From positions 32,381-96,380 of the forward strand of contig CAVRFK010000003.1 in the NCBI GenBank assembly GCA_963720365.1: a stretch of DNA of 64,000 bases, given 5' to 3'. Position numbers and translations under genes: made by a program. This document shows, piece after piece, positions 42,291 to 53,131 of the stretch; the first letter of the stretch is position 1; every line of letters begins with the position of its first letter. The stretch comes from an uncultured Gemmatimonadales bacterium (GTDB lineage: Bacteria; Gemmatimonadota; Gemmatimonadetes; Gemmatimonadales; GWC2-71-9). The notes under the pieces are model-generated. The model was not told the DNA's origin. It ran no database searches and saw only the letters and a program-made list of their open reading frames with translations.

Positions 42291-42401
42291 CAAGGGCTTA
42301 CAGGATGGGCCCTAGCGCGCCGGGGCCGGATGGCAGAGATTCCATCGGTTCCGGAGCCGCTGTCCCCTCTGTTCGGGTGATCCCCATTTCCTATGGCCGT
42401 G

Positions 42402-43268
42402 ATGGCATGGTTTAAGAAGGAACGAAAGCCACGCACGTCGCAGCGGGAACGTCTCGAGATCCCGCCCGATGCCTGGGAGAAGTGCGACGGTTGCGGGCAC
42501 ATCGATCTGCGCGAGAAGTTCGAAAAGGCGCTGAACGTCTGCCCGGAATGCGGGCGGCATCGCCGCATCTCGGCGGACGAGTACATCGAGATCCTCACGG
42601 ATCCCGGCTCCTGGCGCGAGCTGTACGCCGACCTGCGCTCGGTGGACCCCCTGCATTTCGAGCACTATGCCGAGCGGCTGGCCGCCGCCCGCAAGAAGGC
42701 CGGCGGGGCGGACGCGATCATCACCGGCACCGCCAAGATCGATCGGCTGCCCTTCAATCTCGGGGTCATGAACTTCGCCTTCATGGGCGGGTCCATGGGC
42801 TCGGTCGTGGGGGAGAAGATCGCGCGGTTGGCCAGGCGCTCGCATGAGAAGAAGCTGCCCCTCGTCCTCGTCTCCACCTCGGGTGGCGCCCGGATGCAGG
42901 AAGGCGTGCTGTCCCTCATGCAGATGGCCAAGACCTCCGCCGCGATCGCCCAGCTCCACCTCGAAGCCATCCCCTACATCTCCATCCTGACCGATCCGAC
43001 CACCGGCGGCGTCTCGGCCTCGTTCGCCATGCAGGGCGACGTGATCCTGGCCGAGCCGGGCGCGGTGATCGGGTTCGCGGGGCAGCGGGTGATCAAGCAG
43101 ACGATCGGCCAGGATCTCCCCGAGGGCTTCCAGACGGCGGAGTTCCTGGTCGAGCATGGCCAGATCGACGACGTGGTCCCGCGGGGCTCGCTCCGGGACA
43201 CCACCGCGCGACTTCTGCGGCACATGCAGGGGCAGCGACCGCTGGCGGAGCACGCCGAGCTGAGTTGA
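42402..43268 (+). CDS. accD: acetyl-CoA carboxylase carboxyltransferase beta subunit
   Basis: MAWFKKERKP..WEKCDGCGHIDLREKFEKALNVCPECGRH (Zn ribbon), FMGGSMGSVVGEK. An in-frame ATG at 42393 is an alternative start. Confidence 0.85.
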   Translation: MAWFKKERKPRTSQRERLEIPPDAWEKCDGCGHIDLREKFEKALNVCPECGRHRRISADEYIEILTDPGSWRELYADLRSVDPLHFEHYAERLAAARKKAGGADAIITGTAKIDRLPFNLGVMNFAFMGGSMGSVVGEKIARLARRSHEKKLPLVLVSTSGGARMQEGVLSLMQMAKTSAAIAQLHLEAIPYISILTDPTTGGVSASFAMQGDVILAEPGAVIGFAGQRVIKQTIGQDLPEGFQTAEFLVEHGQIDDVVPRGSLRDTTARLLRHMQGQRPLAEHAELS

Positions 43269-43292
43269 CGCGAGACGGGTCTCGCACGCTCC

Positions 43293-43334
43293 GGCGCCCC
43301 ACCCCGCGGTTCGTAGGGTGGGGCGCTGGTGTTT
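43293..43334 (+). terminator. intrinsic terminator after accD
   Basis: GCGCCCCACCC-(11 nt loop)-GGGTGGGGCGC: perfect 11-bp stem, followed by TGGTGTTTTCTG. Confidence 0.6.
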
Positions 43335-43351
43335 TCTGACGGATCATCAGG

Positions 43352-44585
43352 ATGCCTCTGACCTACGACCAGGCCCTCGACTTCCTCTTCCCCCGGACCA
43401 CGACGATCAAGTTCGGGCTCGCCACCACGCGCGCCCTGCTCAGATCGCTCGGCAATCCGCACGAGGTGGTGCCCACGATCCACGTCGGCGGCACCAACGG
43501 GAAGGGAAGCGTCTGCACCCTGGTCGCCGCGGCGCTTCGGGAGGCGGGCTGGCGCGTGGGCCTGTACACCTCGCCCCACCTGGTCTCGTTCCGGGAACGC
43601 ATCCGGGTGGATGAGGTGCCGATCAGCGAAGCGGCCGTGGCGATGTGGACCGAGCGGCTCCAGCCGCTGATCCTGGAGCGCAAGGCCACCTTCTTCGAGG
43701 CGACGACCGCGATCGCGTTCGCGGACTTCGCCGCGCGGGGCGCGGAGATCGCCGTGGTCGAGGTCGGGCTGGGCGGGCGGCTCGACAGCACCAACGTGGT
43801 GCGCCCGCTGGTGAGCGCGGTGACCAAGATCGAGCGCGACCACATGAAGTATCTGGGCGATACGCTCGAAAAGATCGCCGGCGAGAAGGCGGCGATCGCG
43901 AAGCCGGGCGCCCCGTTCGTCATCGGCGAGCGGGAGCCGGAGCTGGTGGAGGTGCTCCGCCGGGATGCCCACCGCGCCGTCGCCCGGCTGGAATCGTCGG
44001 CGCGCGCCGATATCAGGATCATGCCGCCGGACTACGAGTGGACCGGACCGCTGGGACTGGCGGGTCCCCACCAGCGACGAAACGCCGGCGTGGCGCACGG
44101 CATCCTCATGGCCCTGCCCGAGCGCTGGCGGCCCGATGCCGGAGCGGTCGCTCGCGGCTTCGCCAGTGCGTGGATCCCCGGCCGCCTCGACCGGCGGGGG
44201 AAGTGGCTCTTCGACGTCGCCCACAATCCCGACGGCATCCGCGCGCTGGTGGCGGCGCTGGAGGCGACCCGGCCGCCACGCCCGATCCACGCGCTGGTCT
44301 CGATCCTGGGCGACAAGGAGTGGCCCGACATGCTGGTGCGGCTCGACCGCGCCATCGACCGCGGGGTGCTCACCGTGGCGCCGACCGCCGCCAGCCGGGG
44401 CTGGGACGCGGCCTGGCTCCGGCGCTGGCTGAGCGACGCATCGCGCCCGCCTGCGCGCGCCTCGTGGACGCTGGTGCCCGACTTCACGACCGCGCTTGGC
44501 GGAGGTTCAGCGCGGCGCCGGCACGGTGCTGGTGACCGGCTCGTTTCACACCGTTGGCGACGTGATGGGCGCGCTCGGCATGTGA
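43352..44585 (+). CDS. folC: bifunctional folylpolyglutamate synthase/dihydrofolate synthase, one frame break
   Basis: IHVGGTNGKGS, VEVGLGGRLDSTN, DVAHNPDG. The true C-terminus GTVLVTGSFHTVGDVMGALGM* is in the +1 frame after an extra base near 44496-44502. Confidence 0.8.
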
Positions 44586-44606
44586 GCGGAGACCGGCTGC
44601 CCCGAC

Positions 44607-44612
44607 TATCTT
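44607..44612 (+). promoter_or_regulatory. -10-like TATCTT upstream of hisS (leaderless start implied)
   Basis: TATCTT ends 7 nt before ATG 44620. No clear -35 hexamer was found. Confidence 0.3.
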
Positions 44613-44619
44613 GAGGCCC

Positions 44620-45900
44620 ATGCAACCGCAGGCCCTGCCGGGATTTCGCGACTTCTATCCCGCCGATTTCGCGCTCCGGGACCACATCTTCCGGACCTGG
44701 CGCAGCGTCGCGGCGCGCTACGGTTTCGAGGAGTACGACGGGCCCCCGCTGGAGCCGCTCGAGCTGTACACGGCGAAGAGCGGCGAAGAGATCGTCGGGC
44801 AGCTCTACAGCTTCACCGACAAGGGCGAACGCGAAGTATCCCTGCGGCCGGAGATGACGCCGACGCTGGCCCGGATGGTCGCTGCGCGCGCGAGCGCGTT
44901 CCGGAAGCCGATCCGCTGGTTCTCCATCCCGCAACTCTTTCGCTACGAGCGGCAGCAGCGGGGGAGACTTCGAGAGCACTTCCAGCTCAACTGCGACCTG
45001 ATCGGCGAGTCGAGCCACCTCGCCGACGCGGAGATCGTGGCGCTGGCGATCGATGCGCTGCGGGCGTTCGGCCTCGGATCGACGGACTTCCGGGTCCGGC
45101 TGTCGGACCGGCGGCTGCTGACGGCGGTGCTCCGTGCATTGGAGCTGAGCGAGGCGCAGGTGCCGGTGGTGTACCAGGTCTTCGACAAGCTCCGCCGGAC
45201 CAAGGAAGAGACGTCGGTCGAGCGGCTGGCGGCCGCCGGCATCCCGAAGCCGACCATCGACCGGCTCCTCGGCCTCGCGCGGGCCAAAGTCGTGGGCGGA
45301 GCTGCGCGACGCTCGGCGCCGGGCTGGACGCCGCACTGGCGGAGGGCGAGTCGCTGCGGCGCACCCTCGATGCGCTCGGCGCGATGGGCTTCGGCGAGTA
45401 TCTCGATCTCGACCTGGGGATCGTCCGCGGACTCGCGTACTACACCGGGACGGTCTTCGAGCTGTTCGACGCCAAGGGCGAGCTGCGCGCCATCTGCGGC
45501 GGCGGCCGCTACGACAACCTGCTCCAGTCGCTCGGCGGGGTGGATCTCCCGGCGCTCGGCTTCGGCATGGGCGACGTGGTGCTGGGCGAGCTGCTGCGGG
45601 ACCGCGGGCTGGCGCCGGCAGCGGCGTCGAGCATCGACGTCTTCCTCGCGGCGATCTCCGAGGAGGATCTCGCCGGAGCTGCTCGGTCTCGCGCGCGAGC
45701 TGCGGGACGCGGGGTTCCGGGTCGAGTACGCGCTCTCGCCGCAGGCGGTGGGCAAGCAGCTCAAGCTGGCCGACGCGCGGAACGCGCGGGCCGCGATCGT
45801 GATCGGCCCGGATGATCGCGCGCGGGGCGAGGTGATGCTCAAGGACCTGCGCGGGAAGGGGCAGACGGGGGTGCCGCGGGGATCGGTGCGGGAGCGTTAG
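44620..45900 (+). CDS. hisS: histidine--tRNA ligase, three frame breaks
   Basis: [17 protein letters not shown].., [28 protein letters not shown]. Frame path 1->2->0->1. Segments WAELRD (about 45294-45310), [40 protein letters not shown] (ORF 45384..), then [19 protein letters not shown] back in the first frame from about 45672. Confidence 0.85.
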   Translation: MQPQALPGFRDFYPADFALRDHIFRTWRSVAARYGFEEYDGPPLEPLELYTAKSGEEIVGQLYSFTDKGEREVSLRPEMTPTLARMVAARASAFRKPIRWFSIPQLFRYERQQRGRLREHFQLNCDLIGESSHLADAEIVALAIDALRAFGLGSTDFRVRLSDRRLLTAVLRALELSEAQVPVVYQVFDKLRRTKEETSVERLAAAGIPKPTIDRLLGLARAKVVGGAARRSAPGWTPHWRRASRCGAPSMRSARWASASISISTWGSSADSRTTPGRSSSCSTPRASCAPSAAAAATTTCSSRSAGWISRRSASAWATWCWASCCGTAGWRRQRRRASTSSSRRSPRRISPELLGLARELRDAGFRVEYALSPQAVGKQLKLADARNARAAIVIGPDDRARGEVMLKDLRGKGQTGVPRGSVRER

Positions 45901-45926
45901 GGAAGCTTTTGGCGGCAGAAGCATAG

Positions 45927-45994
45927 TGTCACCCTGAGCGAAGCGAAGGGGGCATGAGTCAGCCGATGGCTCCTTCGCTTCGCTCAGGATGACA
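45927..45994. repeat. palindromic REP-like element (copy 2)
   Basis: TGTCACCCTGAGCGAAGCGAAGGGG (45927-45951), an 18-nt loop, then CTCCTTCGCTTCGCTCAGGATGACA (45970-45994). Lies between hisS and proS. Confidence 0.65.
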
Positions 45995-46015
45995 AATACC
46001 AGAAAGGAACCACGG

Positions 46016-47465
46016 ATGGCGGAAGCAAAGGCGTTGACCCCGAGGGCAACCGATTTCAGCGCCTGGTACAACGAGCTGATAGCCAAGGCCGAGCTGGCGG
46101 ACTACAGCCCCGTGCGCGGGTGCATGGTCATCCGGCCGAACGGCTACGCCATCTGGGAACAGATGCAGCGCGCGCTGGACCAGATGTTCAAGGACACCGG
46201 CCACCAGAACGCCTATTTCCCGCTCTTCATCCCCCAGAGCTTCCTGAGCCGGGAGGCGGAGCACGTCGAGGGGTTCGCGCCGGAGCTGGCGGTCGTCACC
46301 CACGGCGGCGGCAAGGAGCTGGAGGAGCCGCTGGTCGTCCGGCCGACGTCGGAGACGATCATCTACGCGATGTACGCGAAGTGGATCCAGAGCTACCGCG
46401 ATCTGCCGCTGCTGATCAACCAGTGGGCCAACGTGGTCCGCTGGGAGATGCGCACCCGCCTCTTTCTCCGCACGACCGAGTTCCTCTGGCAGGAGGGGCA
46501 CACCGCCCACGCCACCGAGGCGGAGGCGGAGGAAGAGACGCTGCGGATGCTCGGCGTCTACCGCACGTTCATGGAAGAGTGGATGGCGATGCCGGTCGTG
46601 ACCGGCCGGAAGACGGACAGCGAGCGGTTCGCCGGCGCGCTTCGCACCTACAGCTGCGAGGCGCTGATGCAGGACAACAAGGCGCTCCAGGCCGGCACCA
46701 GCCACAACCTGGGGCAGAACTTCTCCCGCGCCTTCGAGGTCACTTTCCAGACCGCGTCGGGCGACCTCGACCACGTCTGGAACACCTCCTGGGGCGCCTC
46801 CACCCGGCTGATCGGCGCGCTGATCATGACGCACGGCGACGACGCGGGCATGATCTGCCCGCCGCGTCTGGCGCAGTACCAGGTCGTCATCGTTCCGATC
46901 TACCGGAGCGACGACGAGCGGGCCACCGTGCTCGAGACCGCCGAGCGGACGCGGAAGGAGCTGGCCGCGGCGGGCATCCGGGTGCACGTGGATGCCCGGG
47001 ACGGTATGAAGCCCGGCGCCAAGTACTACGAGTGGGAGGGCCGGGGCGTCCCGCTCCGCCTGGAGATCGGCCCCCGCGACATCGCGGCCGGCAACGTCGT
47101 GCTGGCGCGGCGCACCGGCGGCAAGAAGGAGAGCCTGCCGCTCGCCGGGCTCGGCGCCGCCCTGATCTCCGCCCTGGACGTGATGCAGCGCGAGATGCTG
47201 GAGGCGGCGCGCGCGCGCCGGGAGGCCAACAGCATCCGGGGCGCCACCAAGGAACAGTTCCTCGCCCAGCTCGAGAAGACCGGCGGATTCATCTACTCCG
47301 GCTTCTGCGGCCGCAAGGAATGCGAGGCGGAGATCAAGGAGCAGACCAAGGCGACCATCCGCGTGCTCCCCGACGAGGAGTTTCGCTCGCCCACCGTGCC
47401 GGCCACCTGCATGTGGTGTGGCACGGCCCACCGTCACGGAGGCGGTATGGGCGAGAGCGTACTGA
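46016..47465 (+). CDS. proS: proline--tRNA ligase (archaeal/eukaryote-like class IIa form), one frame break near the 3' end
   Basis: [30 protein letters not shown].., [19 protein letters not shown]. The canonical C-terminus [11 protein letters not shown] (stop 47463-47465) is in the +1 frame after an extra base near 47426-47431. Confidence 0.85.
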
Positions 47466-48773
47466 CCGCCGGCCCGGCCGGCGGCGAGCGCGTGCAGGCG
47501 GACACGGCTGGACTCTTCGCCGACGCCGGCCTCGAGCGGCGCGGATCGTCGCTCTATCTCGGCGGGGTCGCGCTCTCCGCGATCGCCGACGGGGCGGGCA
47601 CGCCGTCCTACGTCTACAACGCCGACGTGATCCGGCGGCAGTTCCGCGCGCTGGACGAGGCTCTGGCGCCGGTACCGCACCGCATCGCCTACGCGGTCAA
47701 GGCCAACGCGAACCTGGCGGTGCTCCGGATTCTCCGCGATCTCGGCGCGGGCGCGGACATCGTGTCGGGTGGCGAGCTGGCCCGTGCGCTGGCGGCGGGA
47801 TTCGATCCCGACGCGCATCGTGTTCAGCGGGGTCGGCAAGACGGACGACGAGCTGACCGCGGCGGTCGAGGCCGGCATCGGCCACGTGCACCTCGAGTCG
47901 ACCGCCGAGCTCGCGGCGCTCGGCCGGATCGTCGCCCGGGTGGGCAAGGGCGTCCACGTCGGGATCCGGGTGAATCCCGACGTCACCGCGGACACCCATC
48001 CCTTCATCGCGACGGGGCAGGGCGGGATCAAGTTCGGGGTGCCGGTGGACCAGGTGGTGCCGTTGGCGCTCGCGGTGCGGGAGCATCCGCTGCTGACGCT
48101 CGACACCATCGCGATGCACATCGGCAGCCAGCTTCTCGATCCGCGGCCCTACGCCGAGGGGCTGAACAAGCTGTTGGAGCTGATCGGCCGGCTGCGCGAC
48201 GCGGGCGTGGATACGCTCCGCTCGCTCGACGTCGGCGGCGGAATCGGTATCCGCTACCGGGACGAGCGTCCGCTGAGCCCAGCGGCGCTCGCCTCCACGG
48301 TGGTTCCGCTCGCGCGACAGAGCGGCCTCACGCTGGTGATGGAGCCGGGCCGCTACCTGGTGGGCAGCTCCGGCGTGCTGCTTACCACGGTCTTGTCGCG
48401 CAAGCATTCCGGCGGCAAGGATCTCGTCATCGTGGATGCCGGGATGAACGACCTGGTCCGGCCGAGTCACTACATGGCGTACCACGAGATGGCGGAGGTC
48501 GAGCTGCACGGCCGGCCGCGAAGCGGAGGTGGACGTGGTCGGTCCGGTGTGTGAGACCGGCGACTTCCTCGCCCGCGACCGCACCTTGCCGGGCCTCGAC
48601 CGTGGCGAGCGGATCGCCGTCCTGGGCGCCGGCGCCTACGGGTTCGTGATGGCCTCCAACTACAACACCCGCCCGCGGCCCGCGGAGATCATCGTGGACA
48701 GCGGGCGCTGGTGGGTGGCTCGTGTCCGGGAAGCGTGCCCGACCTCTACCGCGGCGAGAAGGTGTCACCCTGA
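47447..48773 (+). CDS. lysA: diaminopimelate decarboxylase, about three frame breaks; 3' end uncertain
   Basis: ATG 47447. [34 protein letters not shown]. Then ORF 47769.. ([21 protein letters not shown]), then ORF 48529.. ([34 protein letters not shown]). Probable end [11 protein letters not shown] at 48771-48773. Breaks near 47820, 48515 and 48737. Confidence 0.75.
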
Positions 48774-48787
48774 GCTCAGCGAAGGGA
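48763..48787 (+). repeat. half copy of the REP-like element (copy 3)
   Basis: TGTCACCCTGAGCTCAGCGAAGGGA with no matching right arm. Overlaps the inferred lysA stop and lies 7 nt before the guaA GTG. Confidence 0.5.
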
Positions 48788-48793
48788 ACGAGA

Positions 48794-50350
48794 GTGGCCC
48801 AGCACCACGACGGCATCCTGATCATCGATTTCGGCTCCCAGTACACCCAGCTCATCGCGCGGCGGGTTCGCGAGGCCCACGTCTACTGCGAGATTCATCC
48901 CCCCTCCCGCTCGGTGCAATGGATCCGCGAGTGGAAACCGAAGGGGATCATTCTCTCCGGCGGCCCCAACTCGGTCTATGACGAGGGCGTGCCGACGGCC
49001 GACCCGGAGCTGCTCGGGCTCGGCACGCCCGTGCTCGGTCTCTGCTACGGCATGCAGGTGCTGGCCCAGCTCTCCGGCGGCAGTGTGGTCCGCGCCAACC
49101 GGCGGGAGTACGGTCGGGCCAGCGTGAAGGTGGAGGGCGGGCGCTTGTTCCGAGGCTTCGGGCAAGGCGAGGAGACGCCGGTCTGGATGAGCCACGGCGA
49201 TCACGTGGACGTGCCGCCCGCGGGCTACCAGGTGACCGCCCGCAGCGACAACTCGCCCATCGCGGCCATGGAGCATGGAGAACTGCAGCTCTTCGGCGTG
49301 CAGTTCCACCCCGAGGTGGCCCACACGCCGCGCGGCGGGGAGATCCTCAACAACTTTCTCTTCGACATCTGCGGCTGCACGCCCGACTGGACGCCGGGCC
49401 ACTTCGTCGAGACCGAAGTCGCCCGGATCCGCGAGCTGGTCGGCCCCACCCAACGCGTCATCTGCGGACTCTCCGGCGGCGTGGACAGCTCGGTGGCGGC
49501 GGTGCTGGTGCATCGCGCGGTCGGCGACCGGCTGACCTGCATCTTCGTGGATCACGGCCTGCTCCGTCTCCACGAGCGGGAGCAGGTCGAGTCCACCTTC
49601 CGCCGGCACCTGGGCATCGACCTGCGTGTGGTGGACGCGAGCGACCGGTTTCTCGACCGGCTCGCCGGGGTCTCGGATCCGGAGGAGAAGCGGCGCCGGA
49701 TCGGTCACACGTTCATCGACGTATTCGAGGTCGAGGCGAAGTCGGTGGGGAAGGATGTCGGCTTCCTGGTGCAGGGCACCCTGTATCCGGACGTGATCGA
49801 ATCCGTCTCGCCGAAGGGCGGGCCTTCGGTCACCATCAAGACCCACCACAACGTCGGTGGTCTGCCCGAGCGACTGCCGTTCAAGCTCCTCGAGCCGTTG
49901 CGCGAGCTGTTCAAGGACGAAGTGCGACAGGTCGGCCGGGAGCTGGGCCTTCCCGAGGAGATGGTGGGCCGGCATCCGTTCCCGGGGCCGGGGCTCGCCA
50001 TCCGCGTGCTCGGCGACGTGACGAGAGAGAACCTCGACGTGCTCCGCAAGGCCGACCACATCTACATCGAGGAGATCCGCGGCGCCGGGCTCTACGACGA
50101 CATCTGGCAGGCGTTCGCGGTCCTGCTGCCGATCCGGTCGGTCGGGGTGCAGGGAGACTTCCGCACCTACGACCAGGTGATCGCACTCCGGGCAGTCACC
50201 AGCCGGGATGGAATGACGGCGGATTGGTATCCGTTTCCCCCGGAGGCGCTCGCGCGGATCTCGAGCCGCGTCGCGAACGAGGTCCAGGGGGTGAATCGGG
50301 TGGTGTACGATGTGAGCTCGAAACCGCCGGCGACGATCGAGTGGGAGTGA
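48794..50350 (+). CDS. guaA: GMP synthase (glutamine-hydrolysing)
   Basis: GTG 48794. [35 protein letters not shown], and the canonical C-terminus KPPATIEWE*. Confidence 0.9.
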   Translation: MAQHHDGILIIDFGSQYTQLIARRVREAHVYCEIHPPSRSVQWIREWKPKGIILSGGPNSVYDEGVPTADPELLGLGTPVLGLCYGMQVLAQLSGGSVVRANRREYGRASVKVEGGRLFRGFGQGEETPVWMSHGDHVDVPPAGYQVTARSDNSPIAAMEHGELQLFGVQFHPEVAHTPRGGEILNNFLFDICGCTPDWTPGHFVETEVARIRELVGPTQRVICGLSGGVDSSVAAVLVHRAVGDRLTCIFVDHGLLRLHEREQVESTFRRHLGIDLRVVDASDRFLDRLAGVSDPEEKRRRIGHTFIDVFEVEAKSVGKDVGFLVQGTLYPDVIESVSPKGGPSVTIKTHHNVGGLPERLPFKLLEPLRELFKDEVRQVGRELGLPEEMVGRHPFPGPGLAIRVLGDVTRENLDVLRKADHIYIEEIRGAGLYDDIWQAFAVLLPIRSVGVQGDFRTYDQVIALRAVTSRDGMTADWYPFPPEALARISSRVANEVQGVNRVVYDVSSKPPATIEWE

Positions 50351-50353
50351 ACT

Positions 50354-50381
50354 GCGTAAAGCGTGAACTCTTTACGCTTTA
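50354..50381 (+). terminator. hairpin terminator after guaA
   Basis: GCGTAAAG-CGTGAACT-CTTTACGC followed by TTTA. Unusually AT-rich for this sequence. Confidence 0.5.
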
Positions 50382-50398
50382 CCTGTGCCCTGCTGCGG

Positions 50399-52606
50399 TC
50401 ATGGCATCTCCCTGATCTGAAATTCTCTTCGCCTGGCGACGGCCCACCTGCCGGGGAAACCACTCGCACCTCGATGAGATACCGTCCCGGTTTGAGGCGT
50501 GCCAACTGGAGCGTGCGGTGCGCGCGGACGATCGCCTCGGTCGCGGGCTCGTCGAAGGCCAGCGTCACGACCGGCCGCCGTTCCGCGACGCCGCGCTCGC
50601 CCTTGATCCGAAACACGGCGATCTCGTGGCGATACGAGGCGCCAGGCCGGATCCCGCCGACCTCGTAGTAGAGCTCCATCTCGGCGTTCTCGAGGAAGAG
50701 GTCGAACGGAGTGAGCAGCACCGTGTCGCCCGGACGTCGCTTCCCATGCCGCGCTGGCGCCACGGATGCCGAGTGCCAGGTCACTGATCCAGGGCTTCGA
50801 TCCGCCGCCCGAGGCGGTGACCGTGTCCCTCGGCAGCACGGCGCCGGTGCTGTCGCCGAGCTGAATCGCGGCCCGCCATCTCCAACGGCCGTGGGGGAGC
50901 GCCAGCTCCACCCGGCCGATGAGATACTGGCTCCGTCCCAGCGGCGCTGGCGGGCCGGAAGACGATCGTGGTGTCGACGTCGGAGAACGGGCGGTTCGCC
51001 TCGTCGCTGGCGACGGCGCGCACGCGCGCGGTGTAGCGGACACCGTATTCGTCGCGCTCGGGCGTGGTGCCGGGCTCGGCGATGGCGAACACGAGGTGCC
51101 CGATCGTTCCCGACCCGACCGCGCCGACGGCTACCACGTCGGCCACCGCGCCGAGCGGCCGGGCGAACCGAAGCTCGTGGCTGTCGCTGGACGTTCCGAT
51201 CGCGATGCTCGCCTGGCCGATGCCGCGCTCCCGCGCGCGGGAGCGCGCCGCCCCGTAACGTCCCCAGTGCAGCATGCGCCCGTACACACTCGAGAGCGAC
51301 TGCCGCGAGAGCAGCAGGTCATCCTCGCGCGCGTCGGCCGCGCCGCGCAGGTCGAGCACGCTCTCGACCAGGCGGTAGTCGTACAGGTCTCCGCCGCCGT
51401 TCTGGTCGTAGCCCGAGCTGAAGTGGAAGAGGAGGTCGCCTTCGGCCCGGTCGAACCGCCACGATTCGTTGGGCATGAGACCGAAGACGAACGGGCGCAG
51501 CCGGTCCGAGGGCTCGCCGTGGCGCACGTAGATGATCCCCCGGTCGTCGATCTCCATGCCCCCGGAGCGGTACGCGTCCGCCGCGCCGTAGTACCGCCGG
51601 CTCACCGTGAGGGCGAAGTTGCGCCGCGCGAACAGCAGGCGCCGGTAGTGCTCGCGCAGCCGCTCGCCGTGGGCCCGCATCTCGCGCCGGTCGCGATCGG
51701 TCCAGAAGCGGCGGAGGAACTCCGCGCGTGCCGTACCCTCGACGCCGGTCGAAGGCGGTCAGCTCCGAATCGGCCGCCACCGCGGCGATGTCGGCCCGGT
51801 ATCCGCGAACCGCCACCGGGTCCGCCAGCGCCGCGCCCTCGTAGTATCCGCCTTCCGCGGTCGAATCCCCGGCCGCGAGCCGCGTGCGGGCAAGCTCCAG
51901 CAGCCCCAGCGCGCGACTCCCGCCCGCCGCGAGGTAGCGCTCGAACGCGGCGGCGGCCGCGGCGCCGTTCGCGGCGGCGCGCTCGACTCGCCCGAGCGCG
52001 AGCAGGACCTCCGGTGCGGCACGGGGCACGGCGCCTGCCCGGCGCAGCGCGTCCGTCGCCGAGGTGAGGAGCGAGGTGTCCCGCAGCTCCAGCGTGAGCG
52101 CCGCCAGCGTCTCCGCCGCGGGTGCGAAGGCCGGGTCCGCCTCGCAGGGCCTCCCGCTGGCGGCGCGCGGCGCGCTCCAGTGTCCCCATGCCGACACGGC
52201 TTCCGAGTGCGAGGCGGTCCTCCTGCTCCCACGCCGAGCGCTGCGCCTCCGCCAGGCCGAGCCAATGCCACGCCCATGGCCAGCCGGGCTGCCGTTTGGA
52301 CGCGGCCTCCAGGTTCCTGATCGCCTCGCGGGTATCGGGGTCGATCCCCAGCCCGGCGAGTCGCATCTCCACCATGCCGAGCCTCAGGCGGTCGAGGGCA
52401 TCGTCCGAGGCGCGTCGGAGGGTCTCCCGGATCGCTTGTCGGCGCGCGCGGAGCGAGCCGGAATCGGTGGTGGCGGCGATGGAGTCGGCAAAGGCCGCGA
52501 GCGAGACGCGCTGGGCCGGCGCCTGGACCGCGACGGCGGGAGGCGAGAAGGCGAGCAGGAGCCCGAGGCAAGCGACGGCCCGCCGCACCGTGCGGCCGGC
52601 CCTCAC
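50399..52606 (-). pseudogene. exported GWxTD-like domain protein, at least five frame changes as written
   Basis: GTG 52606, signal AVACLGLLLAFSPPAVAVQA. Successive pieces lie in ORFs 51602..52606, 51319..52197, 50781..51680 (FWTDRDRRE..HYRRLLFARRNF..DDRGIIYVRHGEPS resembles the GWxTD core), 50399..51043 and 50167..50784. The 3' end is uncertain. Confidence 0.4.
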
Positions 52607-52609
52607 GGG

Positions 52610-53062
52610 CTAGACTCCTTTTTCCTCCAGCAACTGAAAGAACTCTTCCGGGTGGGCGAGGGCCGCGAGCCGTTCAGGCATGTTCGCCTCCTTGGCGAAC
52701 TGCGCGATCCGTCCGAGGACGGGCAGGTACTGATTGGAGATCTCGAGCGGGGGCGCGACGATGAGGAACACGTGGAACACCGGCTTGCCGTCGATCGCCT
52801 GAAACTCGATGCCCTTGCGGGACCGGCCGTAGGCGAGGCGGAGGCGGTTGGCGACCAGCGAGCGGCAATGGGGGATCGCGATGCCGCGGCCCATCCCGGT
52901 CGAGCCAAGGCTCTCGCGCCGCTGCAGGACCCGCAGCAGCGTGTCTCCGGCGCGTGGGTCCACGCCGAGCAGGCGGACCAGGTCGGTGAGGACTGAGTCC
53001 TTGTCCGTTGCCTGGAGATCGAGATCGATCGCACCTGGAGTGAAAAATTCCCTGAGACGCAT
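52610..53062 (-). CDS. ptsN: PTS EIIA-Ntr type regulatory protein
   Basis: 150-aa ORF. RESLGSTGMGRGIAIPHCR (active-site His context) and HVFLIVAPP. Confidence 0.75.
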   Translation of the reverse strand: MRLREFFTPGAIDLDLQATDKDSVLTDLVRLLGVDPRAGDTLLRVLQRRESLGSTGMGRGIAIPHCRSLVANRLRLAYGRSRKGIEFQAIDGKPVFHVFLIVAPPLEISNQYLPVLGRIAQFAKEANMPERLAALAHPEEFFQLLEEKGV

Positions 53063-53066
53063 GAGC

Positions 53067-53124
53067 GCGGGGCGGAAGGATTGTCGCAGGCCGGGAAAGC
53101 TGCGGCAACCTAATTCCGCCCCGC
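53067..53124 (-). terminator. long hairpin between the beta-propeller gene and ptsN (terminator or ptsN translational control)
   Basis: GCGGGGCGGAA (53067-77) pairs with TTCCGCCCCGC (53114-24): 11 bp, perfect, 36-nt loop with an inner 5-bp stem. The proximal arm ends 4 nt from the ptsN ATG. Confidence 0.35.
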
Positions 53125-53131
53125 AAAGGTG

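Noticed and set aside
45989-48649. 886-aa ProRS-LysA fusion ORF
   Set aside because: One extra base near 47428 hides the canonical proS end (..VWARAY*). Later parts of the ORF are Arg/Gly/Pro-rich out-of-frame lysA sequence.
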